The notes under the pieces: generated by a model | Databases searched by the model: none | What the model was told of the DNA's origin: nothing | What the model saw: only the letters and a program-made list of their open reading frames with translations | In this document: positions 1 through 9,566 of the stretch, in pieces | Numbering within the stretch: position 1 is the stretch's first letter | Layout: each line of letters begins with the position of its first letter | DNA from: Candidatus Krumholzibacteriia bacterium | GTDB taxonomy: Bacteria; Krumholzibacteriota; Krumholzibacteriia; WVZY01 | Direction of reading: 5' to 3' | Assembly: GCA_036478295.1 (NCBI GenBank) | Contig: JAZGDW010000071.1 | Span: forward strand, 1-18,471 | Length of the DNA stretch: 18,471 nt | Made by a program: the position numbers and the translations under genes

Positions 1-2
1 AC

Positions 3-1694
3 AAAGAGCTGCTCATGGAGACGCTGACGGCTGGTTTCAGTTCCGCGGCAAAAAAGAAGTTCGGTGCTACTGCGGAAGTCGAGATCATCGAAGACGACAA
101 GGGAAGCATCGAGTTGTATCTGCTGAAAGTGGTTACGAAAGAAGTCGAGAGCCCCGCGTCGGAGATTTCCATAGACGAGGCCCGCGAGTACGTGGATGGG
201 GCCAAAGTCGGCGACGAGTTGAAGATCTTTGTGGATTTTTCGGAATTCGGGCGCAACGCGATCCAGATTGCGAAGCAGATCTTGATGCAGAAAATCCGCG
301 AGTTCGATCGGGAGCGAACCTACGAGGAATACAAGGATCGTGTGGGCGAGATTGTGTCCGGATCCGTGCAGCAGATCGACCGCAACGGTATCCTGGTCAA
401 TCTTGGCAACGCCGAAGCGACGATGCCAAAGAAGGAGCAGATCCGCCGCGAGCGCTACAACCAGGGAGCGTCGCTGAGGGCTTGTATCGTGAAGGTTGAT
501 CCGGAGGCGAAGGGGCCGATGGTAACCCTGTCGCGGACGAGCCCCGAGTTTCTCAAGAAACTCTTCTCGCAGGAAGTGCCGGAGATCTATGAAGGCATCA
601 TCGATATCAAGAGTGTTGCGCGCGAAGCAGGCGGCCGGTCCAAGATCGCCGTATTTTCGAGGGACGACCGCGTGGATGCGGTCGGGGCCTGCGTCGGTAT
701 GAAGGGGTCCCGCGTGCAGGCCGTGGTCAACGAGCTCAGCGGCGAGCGGATTGATATCGTTCCGTGGAACGATGACGTCGCCGCGTTCGTCAGCCGGGCG
801 CTGGCGCCGGCCAAGATAGCGACCGTGCGCGTCGATTCGGATGCCAAGAGCGTGCTGGTAGTGGTCGAGGACGACCAGCTGTCGCTGGCGATCGGCAAAG
901 ACGGACAGAACGTGCGCCTGGCCTCGAAGCTCAGTGGGTGGCAGATTGATCTGATCACCTCTCGGGATCTGGAGCAGCAGGAACGCCTGCAGGAGCACCT
1001 CACGATGGTGATCGAGGAAATGGTGGGTGTCGCGCCCAAGATGGCGGAGAAGCTCAAATCGGCGGGCATCACCACGGTACAGAAGTTTGCGAAAGCCACG
1101 GAGGAAGAGCTGCTGGCCATTCCCGGTCTGGGACCGAAGACCTTGACCAAGTTGAGAGAAACCGCCCAGGGTACTATCGAAGAGTTGGAGAAGGCGCTGG
1201 AAGAGCTGATCGAGAAGGAAAACGAAGAGCGCAAGCGCGCCAAGGAGGCGGAGAAGCCACTCTTCGACGAGCCCGATGCGGAGGAAGTGGCCAGTGCGGG
1301 CAAGTTGACGGAGGAGAGTCTCTTCGGTGGCGCCAAGGATGTGGAGTCCGCCGACGACGCGGGGAAAGGCGAGGAGCCCGGCGCGGTCGAAGATGAAGTC
1401 GATGCGGAAGCGGGGTCCGATGAGGGGCCGGGCGCGGTCGAAGATGAAGTCGATGCGGACGCGGGGTCCGATGAGGGGCCGGGCGCGGTCGAAGATGAAG
1501 TCGTTGCGGAAGCAGGGTCCGATGAGGATCAGGCGGCAAACGAAGAAGCGGTAGCCGTCGAGGCGCCGCAGCTCGCCGCCGAGCAAAGTGACGAGACGGA
1601 AACGGTGGAACCCGGGTCTCCCGGCGAAGGGGAAGAATCGCCGGGGGCGCAGGACAAAGTAGAGGACTCGGAAGAGCAAACGTCGGTCGACTAA
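3..1694 (+). CDS. nusA: Transcription termination/antitermination factor NusA (5'-truncated by window edge) with long acidic C-terminal extension
   Basis: Frame is open from the window start (KELLMETL...), so the true start is upstream. Motifs [12 protein letters not shown]1 region, [45 protein letters not shown], then HhH-like repeats. Lies directly upstream of infB. Confidence 0.98.
   Translation, partial: KELLMETLTAGFSSAAKKKFGATAEVEIIEDDKGSIELYLLKVVTKEVESPASEISIDEAREYVDGAKVGDELKIFVDFSEFGRNAIQIAKQILMQKIREFDRERTYEEYKDRVGEIVSGSVQQIDRNGILVNLGNAEATMPKKEQIRRERYNQGASLRACIVKVDPEAKGPMVTLSRTSPEFLKKLFSQEVPEIYEGIIDIKSVAREAGGRSKIAVFSRDDRVDAVGACVGMKGSRVQAVVNELSGERIDIVPWNDDVAAFVSRALAPAKIATVRVDSDAKSVLVVVEDDQLSLAIGKDGQNVRLASKLSGWQIDLITSRDLEQQERLQEHLTMVIEEMVGVAPKMAEKLKSAGITTVQKFAKATEEELLAIPGLGPKTLTKLRETAQGTIEELEKALEELIEKENEERKRAKEAEKPLFDEPDAEEVASAGKLTEESLFGGAKDVESADDAGKGEEPGAVEDEVDAEAGSDEGPGAVEDEVDADAGSDEGPGAVEDEVVAEAGSDEDQAANEEAVAVEAPQLAAEQSDETETVEPGSPGEGEESPGAQDKVEDSEEQTSVD
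1371..1527 (+). repeat. 3 x 51-bp tandem repeat in nusA (17-aa acidic unit [17 protein letters not shown])
   Basis: ggcgcggtcgaagatgaagtcg recurs at 1380, 1431 and 1482 (period 51). Confidence 0.95.
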
Positions 1695-1736
1695 CGATCG
1701 GAACAGTAACGCTTGAATCACGAGTGGTGGTAGCCC

Positions 1737-4298
1737 ATGCGGGTTAATGAAGCGGCCAAAAAATACAACCTCAGCGATGAGGATCTCATTACGCTGCTGA
1801 AGCGAGCGGGGTTCGACGTCGGCCAGGACGTGAGTTTTCTGTCGTTCGATATGGTGACGACGCTCGAAAAGTTTACTCGCCCGCGCAAGTCGAAAGTCAA
1901 GGCCAAGAAAAAGGCAGCGAAGAAGACCACCACGAAGGCCGCGAAGGTAAAGGTCAAGGTGAAAGTCAAGGTGGTGGCGAAGGCCAAGGCACAGGTCGTT
2001 AAGAAAGCCACGGTGGATGCCAAAGTCAAGAAGGTCATCCTGAAGCCCAAGGTGGTTGCCTCGAAGCCGCCGGCAAAACCCAAGACGGTGAGTGCGAAGC
2101 CGGCGGCAAAACCCAAGACGGTGAGTGCGAAGCCGGTGGCAAAACCCAAGACGGTGACTGCGAAGCCGGCGGCAAAACCTAAGACGGTGACTGCGAAGCC
2201 GGTGGCAAAGCCCAAGGCCGCCGCGAAGCCGGCGGCGACACGGAAGGCCACCGCGAAACCGGTGGCGTCTGCGAGGGCGAAAGTTTCTCCGACTCCGACG
2301 ATCGAAGCGCCGCCGCCAAAACCGGCGCCGGTTAGTCTCGCCACGTCCAAACCGGGGAAACCGCCCGTGGCCAAAGCGCGGGCGGCAGTGGAAGCAGCGG
2401 TCAAAGAGCCGAAACCCCGTGCGCGCGGCTCCGTGGCCCAGCAAAAAGCGGTGCGCGAAAGTGTCCGGCGAACGCTGGCGAAGATCGAAACCACGCGCCG
2501 CACCAAGCGGCGCAAGACCAAGAGCCGCAAGGAAACCTCCTCCGTTGCCGCTGCCGTGAAGATACACGAGGCGGCGACTCTGCGCGAGTTGGCAGAGGCC
2601 TTCAAACTCGAACCAACGGCGCTGGTGAAGATTTGTCTCGACCTCGGTATCGAGTCGACGATCGACCAGACGCTGGACCGGGAGCTCGTTGAACTCCTGG
2701 CCGAAGATCTCGGCGTAGACATCCAGTTCGCCTCCGACGAGGTGGAGAGTCTTCTCGAGGCTGCCGTACCGGTTGATCCCGCCCGGCTCGAGTCGAGGGC
2801 GCCGATAGTTACCGTTATGGGCCACGTCGACCACGGCAAGACCTCGGTCCTGGATTACATCCGTGACACGCGGGTGGCCAGCGGAGAGGCGGGAGGAATT
2901 ACCCAGCATATCGGCGCGTACGAGGTGGAAACCGGCGGGACCAGGATCACGTTCATCGACACCCCCGGCCACGAGGCGTTCACCTCGATGCGTGCGCGCG
3001 GTGCGCAAGTGACGGATATCGTCGTGCTGGTGGTGGCGGCTGATGACGGCGTCATGCCGCAGACGATCGAGGCGATCAACCACGCCCGGGCAGCAGGCGT
3101 TCCCATCATCGTGGCAATCAACAAGATCGACCTGGCGGCGGCGGACCCGCAGCGGATCAGACAACAGCTCACCGAGCACGATGTTGTGGTGGAGGATTTC
3201 GGCGGTGACGTGATCGTTGCCGAGGTTTCCGCCAAGAAGGGTACGGGCATCGACAAGCTGCTGGAAATGATTCTGCTGCAGGCGGAACTTCTCGAGCTCA
3301 AGGCCGACCCGGGCGCATCCGCACGAGCAGTCGCCGTGGAAGTCAGGAAAGAAGAGGGCAGAGGTATCCTCTGCACGGTTCTGGTGACGCAGGGAACGCT
3401 CCGCGTCGGTGACACTTTCGTCATAGGCGCACAGTACGGAAAGATTCGAGCGTTGCTCGACCACCGCGGGCGCACGATCCACGAGGCGCCACCAGCGATG
3501 CCCGTCGTGATCCTGGGATGCAACGGATTGCCGGAAGCGGGAGATAGACTCACCGCGGTTCGGGGTGAGCGCGAAGCGCGGGACATCGCCACGCGGCGCC
3601 AGCAGCTGCAAAAAGACAGGGATCACAGAACCACGAAGAAAGTGACCCTGGAGGATCTCTACGATCAGATCCAGGACGGCGATCTGAAGGAGCTTCGCCT
3701 CATCATCAAGTGTGACACGAACGGGTCCGTCGAAGCGCTGACCGAGAGTCTAACGCAACTGGCACTTGACGAAGTGGGTATAAAGGTCATTCACGCCGGC
3801 GTCGGGATCGTAGGTGAATCCGACGTTCTCTTGGCCTCCAGTTCACAAGCGCTCGTTGTCGGGTTCAACGTGAAGGTTTCGGCCAAGGCCCAGGAAGTCG
3901 CCGAGCGGGAGAAAGTTGAAATCAAGACCTACAATGTCATATACGAGGCGATAACCGAGGTCGACGACGCCATGAAGGGGCTGCTTGACCCCGTACGGGT
4001 CGAGCGGACGCTCGGCAAAGCGGAGGTCCGCAAGGTATACAAGATTTCGCATTTGGGTCAAATCGCAGGGTCGATGGTGACCGAGGGTTTGATCGCCCGT
4101 AACGCACAGGTGCGCGTCCTGAGGGAGGACGAGGTTGTCCACGAGGGCAAGATCTCGTCTCTGAAGCGTTTTCAGGACGACGTCAAAGAGGTGCAGAAAG
4201 ATTTCGAGTGTGGGATCGGTGTCTCCAGCTTCAATGGGTTGCAGGAGGGTGATGTGTTGGAGGCGTTCGTCGTCGAAGAGAAAGCCCGGGTGTTCTAG
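1737..4298 (+). CDS. infB: Translation initiation factor IF-2
   Basis: GTPase motifs GHVDHGKT, GGITQHIGAY, DTPGHEAF, NKID; C-terminal SLKRFQDDVKEV...ECGI; follows nusA. Confidence 0.99.
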   Translation: MRVNEAAKKYNLSDEDLITLLKRAGFDVGQDVSFLSFDMVTTLEKFTRPRKSKVKAKKKAAKKTTTKAAKVKVKVKVKVVAKAKAQVVKKATVDAKVKKVILKPKVVASKPPAKPKTVSAKPAAKPKTVSAKPVAKPKTVTAKPAAKPKTVTAKPVAKPKAAAKPAATRKATAKPVASARAKVSPTPTIEAPPPKPAPVSLATSKPGKPPVAKARAAVEAAVKEPKPRARGSVAQQKAVRESVRRTLAKIETTRRTKRRKTKSRKETSSVAAAVKIHEAATLRELAEAFKLEPTALVKICLDLGIESTIDQTLDRELVELLAEDLGVDIQFASDEVESLLEAAVPVDPARLESRAPIVTVMGHVDHGKTSVLDYIRDTRVASGEAGGITQHIGAYEVETGGTRITFIDTPGHEAFTSMRARGAQVTDIVVLVVAADDGVMPQTIEAINHARAAGVPIIVAINKIDLAAADPQRIRQQLTEHDVVVEDFGGDVIVAEVSAKKGTGIDKLLEMILLQAELLELKADPGASARAVAVEVRKEEGRGILCTVLVTQGTLRVGDTFVIGAQYGKIRALLDHRGRTIHEAPPAMPVVILGCNGLPEAGDRLTAVRGEREARDIATRRQQLQKDRDHRTTKKVTLEDLYDQIQDGDLKELRLIIKCDTNGSVEALTESLTQLALDEVGIKVIHAGVGIVGESDVLLASSSQALVVGFNVKVSAKAQEVAEREKVEIKTYNVIYEAITEVDDAMKGLLDPVRVERTLGKAEVRKVYKISHLGQIAGSMVTEGLIARNAQVRVLREDEVVHEGKISSLKRFQDDVKEVQKDFECGIGVSSFNGLQEGDVLEAFVVEEKARVF
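2062..2235 (+). repeat. ~5 x 33-bp tandem repeat in infB (11-aa unit AKPKTV[S/T]AKP[A/V])
   Basis: gcaaaacc(c/t)aagacggtga at 2073, 2106, 2139, 2172 and a degenerate copy at 2205 (period 33). Confidence 0.95.
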
Positions 4299-4333
4299 TC
4301 CGCAGTGTTTGATTTGGTTCGCCGAATCAAATC

Positions 4334-4615
4334 ATGGTAATCAAGCTTCTCACTATAGATATCCACTTTCCGGGCCGCGCCTCTTTGAAAGAGAAGCGAA
4401 TTGTACTTTCCAGCGTCAAAGCGAAGCTCCGCAGGCAGTTCAACGTGGCGGTTGCGGAAGTGGACTACCACAACAAGTGGCAGCGATCCCTGTTGGCAAT
4501 TGTTACGGTCGGTGTCGACGGCGCCGTCGTGGATCTGACTTTCGACAAGATACTGAAGATGCTCAACCATGACCACCGGCTGACGGTTCTTGATTGCCAT
4601 AGAGAGATTTGCTGA
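4334..4615 (+). CDS. DUF503 / YlxP-family protein
   Basis: SLKEKR...FNVAVAEVD...WQRS signature, 93 aa, usual position between infB and rbfA. Confidence 0.92.
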   Translation: MVIKLLTIDIHFPGRASLKEKRIVLSSVKAKLRRQFNVAVAEVDYHNKWQRSLLAIVTVGVDGAVVDLTFDKILKMLNHDHRLTVLDCHREIC

Positions 4616-4626
4616 GGAGATGTCGC

Positions 4627-4992
4627 ATGGCCAAGTCGTACCGAAAAGAGCGCCTGAACGAATCGATCAAGGAGCTTCTCGGCGAGCTCATCCTCAACCG
4701 GATCAAGGACCCGCGGATAGGTCTCGTGACGATAACTTCGGTGAGCGTATCCGCGGACCTCACCAGTGCCCGGGTGTACTTTTCGGTGTTGGGTGGAGAG
4801 GAACAGAGGGACGAGTCCAGGCAGGGGCTGATTAGCGCAAAAAACTTCTTGCGTAAGGTCGTCGGTCGCGAGTTGAAGCTGCGCAACACACCCGATTTTC
4901 GTTTCGTTTATGACGACACGCTGGATCGGTCCATGGACATCGAAGAGGCGATCAAGAAATTGCATCGCGATCCCGAAGACCCTGGGACGTAA
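4627..4992 (+). CDS. rbfA: Ribosome-binding factor A
   Basis: IKDPRIGLVTITSVSVSADLTSARVYFS and LKLRNTPDFRFVYD. Start moved to ATG 4627, which follows SD-like GAGGAGA (4614-4620). Confidence 0.97.
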   Translation: MAKSYRKERLNESIKELLGELILNRIKDPRIGLVTITSVSVSADLTSARVYFSVLGGEEQRDESRQGLISAKNFLRKVVGRELKLRNTPDFRFVYDDTLDRSMDIEEAIKKLHRDPEDPGT

Positions 4993-5014
4993 CCGCGTCA
5001 GGGAGGGCGACGAG

Positions 5015-5953
5015 ATGCCGGATTTCACGGATAAACTTTTTATTATCAATAAGGAGAAGGGGCCGACATCGTTCGATGTCGTCGAGGCCTTTCGCAAGGC
5101 AACACGCGAACGCAAGGTCGGGCACACCGGCACGCTGGACCCGCTGGCGGAGGGAGTGCTGCTTCTCTGCACGGGCAAGGCGACACGTGCCGTCGAACAT
5201 TTCATGAACCTTCCGAAGACCTATGAGTTCGAAATATGCCTGGGAATCGAGACGAGCACGCTCGACACGGAGGGGGACGTGATCCGCAGTGCACCGGTTC
5301 CGGACCTTGACGACGATGCCATCCGTGAGGCGGCGGAGGGGTTTGTGGGTGACTACGAGATGGAGCCGCCGATCTATTCCGCGATCAAGCAGGGCGGACG
5401 GAGGCTCTATGAAATGGCGCGCGCAGGGGAAGCACCCCGCATCCCGTCGCGGACGGTCAAAATCTACGAGCTGGAAGTACTGAAAATCGCTCCACCCCTC
5501 ATCGGGTTCCGTGTGCGGTGCTCGCGCGGCACGTACGTACGCTCGCTGGCGCGTGATTTCGGCAGGTTGCTCGGAACTCCGGCTCACCTCGCCGGGTTAG
5601 TGAGGACCGCAATTGGACCCTTCGGTCTCGACCGCGCGTTTCCGAGCCGCCGCATCAGCGAGGGCGACATTTCCGAGCTGCGCGCGACCAGCCTGGCCGA
5701 GGCGCTGCAGTTTCTACCCGGCGTCGTCTTGAAAGAGCAGTCCGGCCGGGCGCTGCTCAACGGAACCTGTCCGTGCCAGAACGATATTGTGGAGACGATT
5801 GGATGTGTCGATGGGGCTTCCGCGCTCAGAATGATAGATACGTCTGGCCGGCTGCTTGCCATCGGCCACAGGGAGACGGAAGACGAGCGTCGCCGCTTCA
5901 CTATAGTTGATTCTTATCGCTTGCTCGTGAGTAGCGGAGGCCTGCACAGCTGA
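5015..5953 (+). CDS. truB: tRNA pseudouridine(55) synthase
   Basis: KVGHTGTLDPLAEGVL (catalytic Asp), PPIYSAIKQGGRRLYEMARAG, CSRGTYVRSLARD. Start at ATG 5015 after GGAGG, which avoids overlap with rbfA. Confidence 0.97.
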   Translation: MPDFTDKLFIINKEKGPTSFDVVEAFRKATRERKVGHTGTLDPLAEGVLLLCTGKATRAVEHFMNLPKTYEFEICLGIETSTLDTEGDVIRSAPVPDLDDDAIREAAEGFVGDYEMEPPIYSAIKQGGRRLYEMARAGEAPRIPSRTVKIYELEVLKIAPPLIGFRVRCSRGTYVRSLARDFGRLLGTPAHLAGLVRTAIGPFGLDRAFPSRRISEGDISELRATSLAEALQFLPGVVLKEQSGRALLNGTCPCQNDIVETIGCVDGASALRMIDTSGRLLAIGHRETEDERRRFTIVDSYRLLVSSGGLHS

Positions 5954-6912
5954 TGGGATCTCCGATCATTGCACGGTCGCTTGCCGAACTGAGGTCACCC
6001 GCCCCAAAGAACAGCGCGGTAACGCTCGGCGTGTTTGACGGTGTTCATCTCGGACACCGGGAGATAATTCGAGAGCTGATTCATGTGCGGAACCGCAAAT
6101 CGGTCGACGGCTGCTACCTGATAACGTTCGACCCACATCCGGTCGTAGTCACGCACTCGAGAATGACCCCCCCGATGCTCACCACGATCGATGAACGTCT
6201 CGCACTGCTCGGCAGCTTCGATCTCGACGGCATCGTGGTCCTGGAGTTCAATAGGGAGCTGGCCGATCTGGATTATCGCTCGTTCATCGAGAACTACCTC
6301 CTCAAGCCTTTTGATATGAAGGTGCTCGTGCTCGGATACGATTGCTACTTCGGGAAGAACCGTGAGGGAAGTCCGGAGAAGGCTGGCGAAGAGGGGGTCC
6401 GTCTCGGCTACGAGACCACGGTGGTGCCCGCGCTGCAGCAGGGCAACGCGGTCGTGTCGAGCACCAAGATCCGCAACGCACTCATGAAAGGCGATGTGGC
6501 CGGCGCCAACGAGTTGCTGGGGCACCCGTACCTCCTTACCGGAACGGTAGTTAGAGGGCACGGCAAGGGGCACGAGCTGGGATTTCCGACCGCCAACCTG
6601 GCCGTTCCGGACGCCCACAAGCTATGGCCCCCTCGAGGGGTGTATGCGGTCAAGGTGGAGTACCGTGGCCAGACGTTGCACGGCATGATGAATGTGGGCA
6701 GTGCGCCAACGATCAAGGCTCTGGGCGATGGCGTCTGCGAGGCGGAAGTGCACTTGTTCGAGTTCGAGGGGGACCTCTACGGAGAACGGCTCGACGTCTA
6801 CTGCTGCGCCTACCTGAGGGAAGAAAGGCGGTTTCCGTCGCCGGGTGCTCTGGTCGAGCAACTCGAGGCGGACAGACTGGAGGCCATCGCGCAACTGGCA
6901 AAACACACGTAA
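5953..6912 (+). CDS. ribF: Bifunctional riboflavin kinase / FAD synthetase
   Basis: GVFDGVHLGH, VSSTKIR, GHGKGHELGFPTANL, EVHLFEF. TGATG stop/start overlap with truB. Confidence 0.97.
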   Translation: MGSPIIARSLAELRSPAPKNSAVTLGVFDGVHLGHREIIRELIHVRNRKSVDGCYLITFDPHPVVVTHSRMTPPMLTTIDERLALLGSFDLDGIVVLEFNRELADLDYRSFIENYLLKPFDMKVLVLGYDCYFGKNREGSPEKAGEEGVRLGYETTVVPALQQGNAVVSSTKIRNALMKGDVAGANELLGHPYLLTGTVVRGHGKGHELGFPTANLAVPDAHKLWPPRGVYAVKVEYRGQTLHGMMNVGSAPTIKALGDGVCEAEVHLFEFEGDLYGERLDVYCCAYLREERRFPSPGALVEQLEADRLEAIAQLAKHT

Positions 6913-6951
6913 GAAGAAAGGATTCTTGGCGTATTCACGGGTATTTACTGC

Positions 6952-6980
6952 TTTACAATCGTATTGGCGTGTGCTAATTT
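6952..6980 (+). promoter_or_regulatory. Putative sigma70 promoter of rpsO-pnp
   Basis: TTTACA (6952-6957), 17 bp, then TAATTT (6975-6980) preceded by TGc (extended -10). An alternative TTGGCG-18-CATAAT (6964-6993) overlaps it. Confidence 0.55.
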
Positions 6981-6995
6981 GAGGCGACATAATAT

Positions 6996-7077
6996 GCGGC
7001 TTGGACTCTACCCCCACGTTGGGTTCGGGCTGCAGCCATCGTGTCGCGATCTTTCAGTTAAAGGAGGTGATCAGACG
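6996..7077 (+). promoter_or_regulatory. Candidate structured rpsO 5' leader (S15 autoregulatory element) with SD AAGGAGGTGA
   Basis: GCGGCUUGGA (6996-7005) can pair with UUCGGGCUGC (7024-7033), with an inner CCC/GGG pairing. Strong SD at about 7061-7070. Confidence 0.5.
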
Positions 7078-7347
7078 ATGGCATTGTCCGCAGACCAGAA
7101 AAAGGACATTATTGGAAAACACAAACTGCACAAACAGGATTCTGGCTCTGCAGAGGTTCAGATTGCCCTGCTTACCGAGCGCATCCGACAGTTAACCGAC
7201 CATTTCCAGCTGCACAAGAAGGACCATGCTTCCCGACGCGGCCTGTTAAAGCTCGTTGGTCGTCGGCGCAAACTTCTGGACTATTTGAAAAACAAAAAAG
7301 TTGAGAACTACCGTGCGCTAATCAAAGAGCTGAAACTGCGCAAATAA
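7078..7347 (+). CDS. rpsO: 30S ribosomal protein S15
   Basis: 89 aa; [16 protein letters not shown]...[28 protein letters not shown] 7078 follows the SD. Confidence 0.99.
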   Translation: MALSADQKKDIIGKHKLHKQDSGSAEVQIALLTERIRQLTDHFQLHKKDHASRRGLLKLVGRRRKLLDYLKNKKVENYRALIKELKLRK

Positions 7348-7397
7348 TCGGTCACGTTCCTTGCTATTATCAATCATCCTAACCTTGGCAGGTTTTA

Positions 7398-9548
7398 ATG
7401 AAAACCGTTGCGTGTACCGTTGGTGAAAAAAATTTGATGTTTGAAACAGGCCGTATGGCCAAACAGGCAGATGGATCGGTCCTGGTTCGACAGGGAGATA
7501 CCGTGGTGCTCGTCACGGCGGTTTGCGCTCAAAGGCCGACGGACAGGGACTATTTGCCCCTGTTCGTGGAATATCGCGAGAAATTCTACGCCGCCGGACG
7601 AATTCCCGGCGGTTTTTTCAAACGCGAGGGCAGGCCCGGTGAGAAGGAGACGCTCAGCGCCCGCTTGATCGACCGGCCGATTCGCCCGCTTTTTGACCAG
7701 GGCTGGCGTTACGAAACCCAACTCGTTGCGCAGGTTCTCAGCTATGACGGCGAGAACCAGCCCGATGTGTTGGGGATAACCGGAGCCTCCGCGGCACTGG
7801 CAATCTCCGACATCCCATGCCCGGATATTATCTCGGGTGTGAGGATTGGCCACGTGGACGGCAAGTTTGTCGTCAATCCCCTGGTGAAAGACATGGAAGA
7901 GAGCGATCTGGACATTATCGTGGCCGGTTCGGACACCGCCGTCATAATGGTTGAGGGTGAGGCCAAAGAAGTGTCCGAAGAAGTGATCCTCCAAGCGGTG
8001 TCGACGGCGCACGAGCAAATCAAACGCTTGAATGCGGCGCAGCGCGAGTTGGTGCAAGCGGTAGGCGCGAAAGAGAAACGCGAAGTACCGAAACGGGAGG
8101 TTGTCGAGGATCTGGATCGGTCTATCGCGGACAAGTATGGGGACCGCATCGTGGAAGCGATCAGGATCAAGGGCAAGCAGGAGCGGGCAGACGCCCTCGA
8201 AGCTATAGCCTTGGAATCGCAGGAAGCTTTCACCGAATCGTATCCAGAGCACGAGAAGTACATCGTCGCCCGCATCAGCGATCTCGAAAAGGCGGCCATG
8301 CGCGAAATGATACTCAGCGATGGCATCAGGGCAGATGGTCGAGGCTACAAAGACATTCGCCCGATTACGTGCGAGGTCGGCGTACTCCCGCGCACCCACG
8401 CCTCCGCCCTCTTTACCCGTGGCGAGACTCAGAGCCTCGTTGCTGTTACGCTGGGTACGAGCCGCGACGAGCAGATGCTCGATACGATCGAGGGCGAGAA
8501 CTGGAAGCGTTACATGCTGCACTACAACTTTCCGTCGTTCAGCGTGGGCGAGGTGGGACCGTTTCGCGGCCCGGGAAGGCGGGAGATTGGGCACGGCGCG
8601 CTCGCGGAGCGGGCACTGAAATCGGTTCTGCCCTCTGCGGAGGATTTCCCCTACACGATTCGAATCGTGTCGGACATCCTCGAGTCCAACGGTTCGAGTT
8701 CTATGGCGACGGTGTGTGGTGGCAGTCTGGCGATGATGGATGCCGGTGTGCCGATCGAGAGGGCGGTGGCCGGCATCGCGATGGGAATGATCCTGGAAGG
8801 CGACCGCGTAGCCGTTCTGAGCGATATTCTTGGAGTTGAAGATCACCTCGGGGACATGGACTTCAAGGTGACCGGTACCGAGAAGGGAATCACCGCTTTT
8901 CAAATGGATGTCAAGGTGGCCGGCGTTACGGAGAAGATTTTCAAGGAGGCTCTCCAACAGGCCGCAGCCGGCCGCGAGCATATCCTTGGTGAAATGAACA
9001 AGGCGATTTCCGAGCCGCGGCCGGACATCTCACGTTTCGCTCCCAAAATCACCATGATCAAGATCCCCGTTGACAAGATCAGGGAACTCATCGGTCCGGG
9101 TGGCAAGGTGATCCGCGGTATCCAGGAGGAGTCGGGTGCCACTATCGAGGTCGAGGACGACGGCACGGTCAAGGTGGCCGCGGTCGACAAGGCGTCGAGC
9201 GATCTGGCGCTTCACCGCATCGATGAACTCATGGCGGAGCCGGAGATAGGTAAAATATATGAAGGCGCGGTAAAAAGCGTCGTTGCGTTCGGTGCCTTTA
9301 TAGAGATCATGCCCGGCCGTGACGGGCTGCTCCACATATCGGAGATTGCCCACCGGCGCATCGACAAGGTCGAAGACGTCATGAAACTCGGTGACATCGT
9401 GCGCGTGAAATGCATCGACGTAAGCGGTGACGGCAAGATTCGCCTCAGCAAGAAGGCCCTCGAGGAGCGTCCCGAGGGTGCCGATGATTCCCAGAGTGAA
9501 GGACGTCCCCGAGACAAAGGTCGTCCGAGGCATCGGTCCAGAAGGTAG
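7398..9548 (+). CDS. pnp: Polyribonucleotide nucleotidyltransferase (PNPase)
   Basis: GRIPGGFFKREGRP, RREIGHG, ESNGSSSMA, DHLGDMDFKV, KH (IGPGGKVIR) and S1 domains; follows rpsO. Confidence 0.99.
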   Translation: MKTVACTVGEKNLMFETGRMAKQADGSVLVRQGDTVVLVTAVCAQRPTDRDYLPLFVEYREKFYAAGRIPGGFFKREGRPGEKETLSARLIDRPIRPLFDQGWRYETQLVAQVLSYDGENQPDVLGITGASAALAISDIPCPDIISGVRIGHVDGKFVVNPLVKDMEESDLDIIVAGSDTAVIMVEGEAKEVSEEVILQAVSTAHEQIKRLNAAQRELVQAVGAKEKREVPKREVVEDLDRSIADKYGDRIVEAIRIKGKQERADALEAIALESQEAFTESYPEHEKYIVARISDLEKAAMREMILSDGIRADGRGYKDIRPITCEVGVLPRTHASALFTRGETQSLVAVTLGTSRDEQMLDTIEGENWKRYMLHYNFPSFSVGEVGPFRGPGRREIGHGALAERALKSVLPSAEDFPYTIRIVSDILESNGSSSMATVCGGSLAMMDAGVPIERAVAGIAMGMILEGDRVAVLSDILGVEDHLGDMDFKVTGTEKGITAFQMDVKVAGVTEKIFKEALQQAAAGREHILGEMNKAISEPRPDISRFAPKITMIKIPVDKIRELIGPGGKVIRGIQEESGATIEVEDDGTVKVAAVDKASSDLALHRIDELMAEPEIGKIYEGAVKSVVAFGAFIEIMPGRDGLLHISEIAHRRIDKVEDVMKLGDIVRVKCIDVSGDGKIRLSKKALEERPEGADDSQSEGRPRDKGRPRHRSRR

Positions 9549-9566
9549 TATCCGACAGGCCCGCCG

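Noticed and set aside
4613..4615. TGA after Cys in DUF503 as selenocysteine/readthrough
   Set aside because: The protein is already family length, and the downstream sequence is the rbfA SD and start rather than a SECIS.
4609..7077. Longer ORF-track starts for rbfA (4609), truB (4910) and rpsO (6964)
   Set aside because: Downstream ATGs at 4627, 5015 and 7078 have SD sequences and give family-typical N-termini.
7381..7394. AACCT-TGGC-AGGTT hairpin over the pnp ribosome-binding region
   Set aside because: Only 5 bp; too weak to claim pnp autoregulation.
7395..8981. 528-aa antisense ORF over pnp, and similar long antisense ORFs over nusA, infB and the TPR gene
   Set aside because: Shadow ORFs expected from GC-rich codon bias opposite well-supported genes.
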